From assembly GCA_963751455.1 (NCBI GenBank), contig CAVVUN010000002.1, forward strand, positions 256,001 to 320,000: a DNA stretch of 64,000 bases, written 5' to 3'. The stretch is from Nitrospirota bacterium. GTDB taxonomy: Bacteria; Nitrospirota; UBA9217. Positions 57,060 to 64,000 of the stretch are shown here, one piece after another; the first letter of the stretch is position 1; each line of letters begins with the position of its first letter. The notes under the pieces are model-generated. The model worked only from the letters and a program-made list of their open reading frames with translations. It was not told where the DNA came from and made no database searches. Position numbers and translations under genes: made by a program.

Positions 57060-57635
57060 ATGTTAATGGCGGAAAAAGGAACACTGCAGTACAAATTGAC
57101 CAAGATAACGGGTAAGACCGTGCTGGCGGCTGTAGTCGCCGTGGTAATGTTCTTTATCGCGAAGGACAAAGAATTAAAGGCCGTATGGTTTATGCCCGGC
57201 GTTCTCCTCACGTTCGCGGGAGAATGGCTGCGTCTGTGGGCGGCAGGCCATCTGAGGAAAAACAAGCAGCTTACGACCACGGGACCCTACTCATACGTTA
57301 AGAATCCTCTATATATAGGGACCCTCCTCATTACTCTGGGATACAGTGCCATGGCAATGAATATCTGGATCATGCTCGGCGGTTTTGTGTGGTTTTTCAT
57401 TTATTATGCGCCCTATAAGAAGAAGCAGGAGAATGAAAAACTTGTGGGCAGTTTCGGCGAGGCCTGGACTATATACGATAGGGCCGTGCCGGATTATATT
57501 CCCCGGTTAAGTCCGTATCCAGCGCGCGGCAACAACGGCTGGAGCTACGAGGTTGTGAAGGAAAACTCGGAACATGAGACGGCCATCGGCGTATTCATAG
57601 GGTTTTTCGTAATGCTCTGCCTGTTTCTGCGGTGA
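57060..57635 (+). CDS. Isoprenylcysteine carboxylmethyltransferase/PEMT-family membrane protein
   Basis: LTTTGPYSYVKNPLYIG, FGEAW..Y...VP. Confidence 0.87.
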   Translation: MLMAEKGTLQYKLTKITGKTVLAAVVAVVMFFIAKDKELKAVWFMPGVLLTFAGEWLRLWAAGHLRKNKQLTTTGPYSYVKNPLYIGTLLITLGYSAMAMNIWIMLGGFVWFFIYYAPYKKKQENEKLVGSFGEAWTIYDRAVPDYIPRLSPYPARGNNGWSYEVVKENSEHETAIGVFIGFFVMLCLFLR

Positions 57636-57781
57636 TGGTGCTTGCGCAGGTTGTGCAAGTGCAAAATGCAAAGTCCAAAATGCAAAATAAATAGGGTCCC
57701 CCGCCTCAGGCCGTATATTAATTCTGCAATTTCCAATTTGGAAATCGATATTTGCATTCGCGGCCGTCTTGAGGCCGCGAT

Positions 57782-58294
57782 ATGATCATATCGCTTATCG
57801 CGGCCATGGCCGAAAACCGCGTGATCGGATACAGGGGCAAGATTCCCTGGAACATCCCGTCTGACCAGAAGCGGTTCAGAGAAATAACCATGGGGAGTGC
57901 GGTTCTTTTCGGGCGGGTGACTTTCGAGATCATCGGGCATCCTCTGCCGGGCAGAAGAAATGTCGTGCTGACCCGGAAGCAACACTATCAGCCGCCGGGC
58001 GTGCTCGTTGTCCACAGCCTGGACGAGGCGTTTGCAGCATGCAGCAATGAGAGCGAGCTTTTCATAGGCGGAGGAGGCATAGTCTTCGAAGAAACAATCT
58101 CTGTGGCAGACCGGATCTATCTGTCGGTTATCCATGAGTCGTATGAAGGGGATTCTTTCTTTCCATTGATTCCCGCCGATTTTACCGAGGCGTCGCGGAA
58201 AGAAATAGAGGACATGCCGTCCTACAGTTTTATTGTCTATGAGCGGAGAACAGAACCGCAGCGTGAAGAGAAAAAGAGTCAGTCGGAGAATTAA
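57782..58294 (+). CDS. folA: Dihydrofolate reductase
   Basis: AAMAENRVIG, IPW, GRVTFE, PLPGRRN, IGGG, GDSFFP. Confidence 0.95.
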   Translation: MIISLIAAMAENRVIGYRGKIPWNIPSDQKRFREITMGSAVLFGRVTFEIIGHPLPGRRNVVLTRKQHYQPPGVLVVHSLDEAFAACSNESELFIGGGGIVFEETISVADRIYLSVIHESYEGDSFFPLIPADFTEASRKEIEDMPSYSFIVYERRTEPQREEKKSQSEN

Positions 58295-58324
58295 TTTCTC
58301 TCAAAGACGATTTTACGAAGTCTG

Positions 58325-58920
58325 TTAGTGGACAGACTTTAATTTCTGGCGAAAGTCTCTAAATTCAGGCCTTTGCTCAAATCCTTCGAAGCGCTTGTCC
58401 GCAGATACTTCCTTCAATTCCCGACCCAATTGTCCGTTGTTCAAGGCGCTTTCGAGCATTTCACGTGCGAAGCCGTAGTTGCCGAGAAGATAGTTCGCCT
58501 GAAACAGCATCCAGTCCACGCGGGCAGAGCTCGCCCATGACCCTAAAAACGGCATTTGAACACGGATGAACACGGAAACAGCGGATCAAAACAATGTGAT
58601 AGAGCAAAAAGCCATCTCGCCTTTTGGGTGAATCCATTACTGTTCGTAACTTCCTATAAATCCGTGTTGATCAGATTTTATCCGTGTCCAACTGCTTTTT
58701 TCAGGATGACAGCTTTTTAGCCTTCCGCAGATAGACATCCGCCAATTCATAATTTTCTTGTCCAATGCTTCTTCGCCGAGAATGACGTACGGAACCGTGT
58801 CGCTGGGTTTTGTGGAGATATATTTTCTCAGAAATTTTAATGCAGCATTCCGGTCCCTTTGTACGTAAAGAAAGTACAACCCCATGTAGGCTTCATATGC
58901 GCCGAATCATGGTATTTTTC
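58325..58920 (-). pseudogene. TPR-like gene interrupted by MITE copy 5
   Basis: Removing 58542-58705 plus one TSD joins NYELADVYLRKAKKLS to WASSARVDWMLFQANY in frame. Confidence 0.72.
58542..58705 (-). mobile_element. 164-bp MITE copy 5, TSD ATGAC
   Basis: Reverse-complement identical copy. Confidence 0.93.
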
Positions 58921-59070
58921 GGCAGTTGATTTTTTGAGTACGATAGTTAAAACAAAACCACGTTTGGAATCTTAGATTACATATAGATACTTTTAGTTTA
59001 CAATGAATATTATGGCTATGGTAATTGCGCACATAATTGACAGCCAAGAGCGGAAAGAGTAATATCTCTT

Positions 59071-61077
59071 ATGCGGAAGTTCAGGATCACGTCCGACTTT
59101 AAACCTACGGGAGATCAGCCGCAGGCGATCGAGAAACTGTCGGAAGGCATCGTGAGGGGCATTGTCCATCAGGTCCTCCTTGGTGTGACCGGATCGGGCA
59201 AGACTTTCACCATGGCAAACGTGATCGAGAAAGTGCAGAAGCCGACGCTTATAATCGCCCACAACAAAACTCTTGCAGCACAGCTCTATAACGAGTTCAA
59301 GGAACTCTTTCCGGAAAATTCGGTTGAATATTTCGTTTCCTATTATGATTACTATCAGCCGGAAGCGTATCTCCCCACGACGGACACCTATATTGAGAAG
59401 GACTCCTCGATCAACGAGCAGATAGACCGCATGCGCCACTCCGCGACCAATTCGCTTTTCGAGCGGAACGACGTGATTGTCGTGGCATCGGTCTCCTGCA
59501 TCTATGGTCTTGGTTCGCCGGAAGCCTACCACGGAATGCTCCTGTTTCTCGAACAGAACCAGCGGATCGAGCGCGACGATATCCTGAGAAAGCTCGTGGA
59601 TATCCAGTATACTCGAAACGATATTGATTTCCACCGCGGTACGTTCCGGGCGAGGGGAGATGTCGTTGAGATCTTCCCGGCATCGTACGAGAGTACCGCT
59701 GTCCGGATCGAGCTGTTCGGAGATGAGATTGAGTCGATCTCGGTCTTCGACCCGCTTCTCGGCACCCCTCTTAAGAAGCTGGAAAAGATCGCGATCTATC
59801 CGGGCAGTCATTACGTTATCCCGGAAACACGCATGAAGTCGGCCATCGACGGCATTCACGACGAACTCAGGGACAGGATACAAACGTTCCGGAAAACCAA
59901 CAAGCTTATCGAAGCCCAGCGCATCGAACAACGAACCATGTTCGATCTCGAAATGATCCAGGAGATGGGCTATTGCCACGGCATTGAAAACTATTCCCGC
60001 CATCTATCCGGAAGAGTCCCGGGTGAACCGCCCCCTACGCTGCTTGATTACTTCCCTGAAGATTTTCTGCTGATTGTCGACGAGTCGCACGCGACAATAC
60101 CGCAGATAGGCGGCATGTACAACGGCGACCGGGCGAGAAAACAGACTCTCGTGGATTACGGTTTCCGCCTGCCGTCCGCCCTCGATAACCGGCCTCTTAA
60201 TTTCCAGGAATTCGAGGAACGGGTGCGTCAGACGATTTATGTGTCGGCAACGCCCGCAGACTTTGAAACCGGAAAATCTAAAGGAAGGATAATCGAGCAG
60301 GTGATCCGTCCCACGGGGCTGACTGACCCGGAAATAACCATTAAACCGGTAAAGGGCCAGGTGGACGACCTCCTGAATGAGATCCGGAAGAGAGCGGAAA
60401 CGGGTGAACGGGTTTTGATCACGACGCTTACGAAGCGCATGGCTGAGGACCTGACCGAGCATTATAAGGAACTGAACGTGAAGGTCGCGTATCTCCATTC
60501 CGACATCCACACGCTGGAACGGACGGATATCATCCGCGACCTCAGGATGGGCAAGTATGACGTTCTGATCGGCATCAATCTTCTGCGCGAAGGCCTCGAT
60601 ATACCCGAGGTCTCGCTCGTTGCCATCCTTGATGCGGATAAGGAAGGGTTCCTTCGCTCAACGCGTTCGCTCATCCAGACGATGGGCCGCGCAGCACGGA
60701 ACGTGAACGGCGAGGTGATACTATATGCAGAAATCATCACAGCCTCGATAGCGAATGCCGTTGCGGAGACGAAGCGGCGGCGGACTGTCCAGGAAGAGTA
60801 TAACCGAAAGAACGGCATCACGCCCCAGTCGATAAAGAAAAACATTCATGCCGCGCTCCGGACCGTGTACGAGCAGGATTACTTTACGGTGCCGATTGCC
60901 GCGGAAGAGGCAGTCGAATATATGTCCGCGGCCGACATTCCCGCAGTTGTTGCTTCCCTGGATAAACAAATGCGGGCTGCTGCCAAGGCACTCGACTTCG
61001 AGACAGCGGCGGAACTCCGCGACAAGATCAGGTCCCTGAAACAGCGGGAATTGGCGGTGGGAGTGAAGACGGACTAA
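59071..61077 (+). CDS. uvrB: Excinuclease ABC subunit B
   Basis: [33 protein letters not shown]. Confidence 0.98.
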   Translation: MRKFRITSDFKPTGDQPQAIEKLSEGIVRGIVHQVLLGVTGSGKTFTMANVIEKVQKPTLIIAHNKTLAAQLYNEFKELFPENSVEYFVSYYDYYQPEAYLPTTDTYIEKDSSINEQIDRMRHSATNSLFERNDVIVVASVSCIYGLGSPEAYHGMLLFLEQNQRIERDDILRKLVDIQYTRNDIDFHRGTFRARGDVVEIFPASYESTAVRIELFGDEIESISVFDPLLGTPLKKLEKIAIYPGSHYVIPETRMKSAIDGIHDELRDRIQTFRKTNKLIEAQRIEQRTMFDLEMIQEMGYCHGIENYSRHLSGRVPGEPPPTLLDYFPEDFLLIVDESHATIPQIGGMYNGDRARKQTLVDYGFRLPSALDNRPLNFQEFEERVRQTIYVSATPADFETGKSKGRIIEQVIRPTGLTDPEITIKPVKGQVDDLLNEIRKRAETGERVLITTLTKRMAEDLTEHYKELNVKVAYLHSDIHTLERTDIIRDLRMGKYDVLIGINLLREGLDIPEVSLVAILDADKEGFLRSTRSLIQTMGRAARNVNGEVILYAEIITASIANAVAETKRRRTVQEEYNRKNGITPQSIKKNIHAALRTVYEQDYFTVPIAAEEAVEYMSAADIPAVVASLDKQMRAAAKALDFETAAELRDKIRSLKQRELAVGVKTD

Positions 61078-61144
61078 GACCTTCATTACCACGAACGGAA
61101 GTTCGTGAGCTTCGCGTTTGATTTTATAGAGAGGTAATAATGTT

Positions 61145-61747
61145 GTGTCACAAAAGACAGTATCAAAACATAAGATTTCCCGCCGCTTCGGCGTGGATAT
61201 ATACGGCACCGGCGGTCCTTCTCTCCAGAGAAGGATCAATGTCCCTCCGGGCGGCGAAAAAGCAGGGGCGCGGCAGCGCAAGTCGGAGTATGCCAGGCAG
61301 TTGACCGAGAAGCAGATGGTAAGATTCACCTATGGAGTGCGCGAGAAACAGTTCCTGCGGTACTTCGGAATGGCGCTCCGTTCGGAAGAGCCTTCGGGCA
61401 TTGTTCTTCTCCGGATCCTCGAGCGTCGTATCGATAACGTCCTCTTCCGGCTGGGCTTTGCACGTACACGCCTGATGGCCCGCCATCTCGTAAGTTACGG
61501 CCATGTACTGGTCAACGGCAAAAGGGTGGACAAACCGTCCTATCTTGTGAGTCCGGGCGAGGTTATCACCCTTACACCGACTGCTTTGAAGATTCCCGAG
61601 GTGCAGGATGAACTGAAAGCGCACCGTTCAGCGCTTTCCTGGCTGGTCCGTGAAGATACGACCGGCAAGGTCACGGGGTCGCCTCCCCGCGAAGAGATCG
61701 GCATGGAAATCGACGAATCTCTGATCGTGGAATTTTACTCACGGTAA
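61145..61747 (+). CDS. rpsD: 30S ribosomal protein S4 (stand-alone, Cys-free)
   Basis: SEYARQLTEKQ, LERRIDNVLFRLG, GHVLVNG, IVEFYSR. Confidence 0.93.
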   Translation: MSQKTVSKHKISRRFGVDIYGTGGPSLQRRINVPPGGEKAGARQRKSEYARQLTEKQMVRFTYGVREKQFLRYFGMALRSEEPSGIVLLRILERRIDNVLFRLGFARTRLMARHLVSYGHVLVNGKRVDKPSYLVSPGEVITLTPTALKIPEVQDELKAHRSALSWLVREDTTGKVTGSPPREEIGMEIDESLIVEFYSR

Positions 61748-61838
61748 CCTGCCGTCCCTCATGCCTGCTACACTCGCTATTTCCCGGAATAATGCAGTTA
61801 TCGATATATTTTCGTGATTTTACCAGGATAAAACTGTG

Positions 61839-61867
61839 TTGACAGCATCACAAAAAATATATATAAT
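61839..61867 (+). promoter_or_regulatory. Consensus sigma70 promoter of second vapBC
   Basis: TTGACA-17 bp-TATAAT. Confidence 0.8.
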
Positions 61868-61890
61868 ATTGTGCAGGAGAGTAAAGGGAT

Positions 61891-62088
61891 ATGAGGGCAA
61901 CCGTAACACTGGATAAGAAGATTCTCGACGAACTCGTGCATGAGAGCGGTCAGAAAAACAAGGCAACAGCTGTCAGGGAGGCTGTCGCGGTTTATCTGAG
62001 GCAGAAAAAAGTTGAGAAAATAAAATCGATGAAGGGAAAAGTGAAGTTCGACAAGACCGCGGATGAGCTCAGGCATTATGAGAGATAG
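61891..62088 (+). CDS. vapB: VapB antitoxin (DUF2191-like)
   Basis: MRATVTLD...KATAVREAV; overlaps vapC. Confidence 0.83.
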   Translation: MRATVTLDKKILDELVHESGQKNKATAVREAVAVYLRQKKVEKIKSMKGKVKFDKTADELRHYER

Positions 62089-62485
62089 TGTTCTGATCGA
62101 CACCTCCGTCTGGATCGCTTATTTTCAGGCAAGCGGTTCGATATCTCTTTCGGATCAGGTTGACGAGCTTCTTTCCCGAAGCAGCATTTTGGTCCCGAAG
62201 ATCGTTCTCGCGGAATTGATCCAGGGAGCGCATTCCGAAAAAGATGTTGCAGTGATTCGAGGGTTTCTTGACGCCTTTCACACTATCGGCGAGCGGGATG
62301 ATACTTGGGTGAAAGCCGGGCAGCTTTCGTATGCGCTAAAGAAAAAAGGTAAAACGATAAACCTTGCCGATTGCTATATTTCCATCATCGCACTGGAACA
62401 TCAGTGTGTCGTCTTGACGCTTGATAAGCATTTCAGGGAAATTCAAAAAGTAACAGGACTGAAGCTCCTGCCTCTCCGTTCTTAA
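62078..62485 (+). CDS. vapC: VapC PIN-domain toxin
   Basis: LIDTSVWI, ELIQGA, LADCYI, LTLDKHF. Confidence 0.9.
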   Translation: MRDSVLIDTSVWIAYFQASGSISLSDQVDELLSRSSILVPKIVLAELIQGAHSEKDVAVIRGFLDAFHTIGERDDTWVKAGQLSYALKKKGKTINLADCYISIIALEHQCVVLTLDKHFREIQKVTGLKLLPLRS

Positions 62486-62586
62486 TCATTCCTGGTGAAG
62501 TGTCTGCGCGATTGCAAACCTCATTATCCTTTTGCGTTTTTAAATTATCCGTGTCCATCCGTGTTCATCCGTGGTAAAATAATTTG

Positions 62587-64000
62587 ATGACGCTTGAAGA
62601 AAAAATCCAGAACCTCCCGGACTCGCCGGGGGTCTATATGATGAAGGACGTCGGCGGACATGTGATCTACATCGGCAAGGCTGTCTCGCTCTGGAACCGG
62701 GTGCGTTCCTATTTTCAGAAGGGCTCGAAGGGCGAAAAGACGGAGATCATGGTGAGGCAGATCGCGGACCTGGAGACAATCGTTACTCATACCGAACTCG
62801 AGGCGCTGGCGCTCGAGTCGAATCTCATTAAAAAGCATCGTCCGCGTTATAATATCATCCTTCGAGATGACAAGAATTATCCGTATCTGCGTTTCGATAC
62901 AAAATCGGAATACCCCAGACTGGAAGTCGTTCGCCGCCTGAAAAAGGACGGCGCCCTTTACTATGGACCGTATGTGCCGGCAGGCGGCATGTGGGAATCG
63001 CTAGCGCTTATCCGGCGGACATTTCCTATAGCACCGTGCAGAATGGAATTCAGGGCCGACAAGCCCGCGAGGCCATGCATACAGTTCCAGATCGGACGCT
63101 GTCTGGCTCCCTGCAGCGGCGATGCGGACAAGGTGCGATACCACGACATGGTTAACCAGGTCCGTCTTTTCCTGGAAGGCAAGAACCGGGACTTGATGGA
63201 TATGCTGAAGAAACGCATGGAGGAAGCGTCTGAGAGAATGGAGTATGAGCGGGCCGCGGAACTGCGGGACCGCATCGGGAAGATCGAAGGCGCCCTCGAG
63301 AAGCAGAAAATCATTTCCTCCGGGTTCGAGAACCAGGACGTGATCGGAACGGCCTTCGAGGCAGGCAGAGCGGACATCCAGGCTCTCTTCATCAGGAACG
63401 GCATGCTGCTCGGCCGCAAGGATTTTTATCTCGAGGACGTGCGGGGCATGACACAGGAACAGGTGCTGAACGATTTCCTCCGGCAGTTCTATTCAAAAGA
63501 GATGATCGTACCCCGTGAGATTCTTCTTCCTTTTGAGGTGGAGGACCGTGAAATTATTGAAACCTGGCTCTCTGGAAAAAAGGGCGGCAGGGTTGAAATG
63601 CTGGCGCCGCAGCGTGGGCGAAAACGGGAACTGGTTCAGATGGCCTGCGACAACGCCCGGCAGTCGCTGCGGGAACATGTGTTGTCCAGCCGCAGCAAGG
63701 AAAAGATTTTAATGCGGCTCCAGGAAGAGCTTGCCTTGGTCAATCTTCCGAAACGAATCGAGGCCTTTGACGTATCAACAATCCAGGGAACGGAATCGGT
63801 TGCGAGCATGGTAAGTTTTGAAAATAATATCCCGGACAAAAGAAACTATAAGCGCTTTAAAATCAAGACAGTCCGGGGACAGGACGATTTCGCAAGCATG
63901 GCGGAAGTCGTCCGACGCCGATATGCCGGTGCTCAGGAAAAGCAGGAGCTGCTGCCTGATCTCATTCTGATTGATGGAGGAAAGGCCCAATTGAACGCGG
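62587..64000 (+). CDS. uvrC: Excinuclease ABC subunit C (runs off the window; absent from the ORF track)
   Basis: LPDSPGVY, IYIGKA, RVRSYF, LRDDKNYPY, RIEAFDVS, PDLILIDGG. Confidence 0.96.
   Translation, partial: MTLEEKIQNLPDSPGVYMMKDVGGHVIYIGKAVSLWNRVRSYFQKGSKGEKTEIMVRQIADLETIVTHTELEALALESNLIKKHRPRYNIILRDDKNYPYLRFDTKSEYPRLEVVRRLKKDGALYYGPYVPAGGMWESLALIRRTFPIAPCRMEFRADKPARPCIQFQIGRCLAPCSGDADKVRYHDMVNQVRLFLEGKNRDLMDMLKKRMEEASERMEYERAAELRDRIGKIEGALEKQKIISSGFENQDVIGTAFEAGRADIQALFIRNGMLLGRKDFYLEDVRGMTQEQVLNDFLRQFYSKEMIVPREILLPFEVEDREIIETWLSGKKGGRVEMLAPQRGRKRELVQMACDNARQSLREHVLSSRSKEKILMRLQEELALVNLPKRIEAFDVSTIQGTESVASMVSFENNIPDKRNYKRFKIKTVRGQDDFASMAEVVRRRYAGAQEKQELLPDLILIDGGKAQLNA

Noticed and set aside
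58993-60510. Long antisense ORFs over uvrB (likewise over pepA, acs, DUF294, tolB-like and transposase genes)
   Set aside because: Shadow ORFs of GC-rich coding strands with no motifs

Overview
Bacterial chromosomal window. Gene content and intergenic repeat style suggest an anaerobic Nitrospirota/Desulfobacterota-like organism (inference only). Many single-base frameshifts in housekeeping genes point to an unpolished long-read assembly. Layout: 1-6.9 kb, type I-E cas locus (cas8e end, cse2, cas6e, cas7, cas5, a 2.4-kb insert with gene fragments and vapBC, cas1, cas2); 7.0-17.25 kb, CRISPR array of about 167 repeats; 17.3-31 kb, accessory genes, TA pairs and many MITE/REP-like elements; 31.2-46 kb, two tandem paralogous acetate cassettes (DUF294 CBS/nucleotidyltransferase, DEDDh exonuclease, small membrane protein, Na:solute symporter, acs); 46.4-49.4 kb, Sec-DsbA, cytochrome c peroxidase and fdhE; then a nested MITE/IS1380 structure, rlpA, pepA, folA, uvrB, a stand-alone rpsD, vapBC and uvrC. 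Most notable unannotated signals: (i) a four-unit tandem structured-RNA leader with exchangeable stems between a sigma70 promoter and a small basic protein gene (52.6-52.8 kb); (ii) a candidate 51-aa membrane selenoprotein missed by ORF calling (29.3 kb) plus a UxxC DsbA; (iii) an apparently active 164-bp MITE family with 5-bp NTNAN target duplications, nested insertions and modular shell/core organisation; (iv) CRISPR spacers resembling those host-type repeats; (v) a cas6e relic suggesting the Cascade module was replaced.
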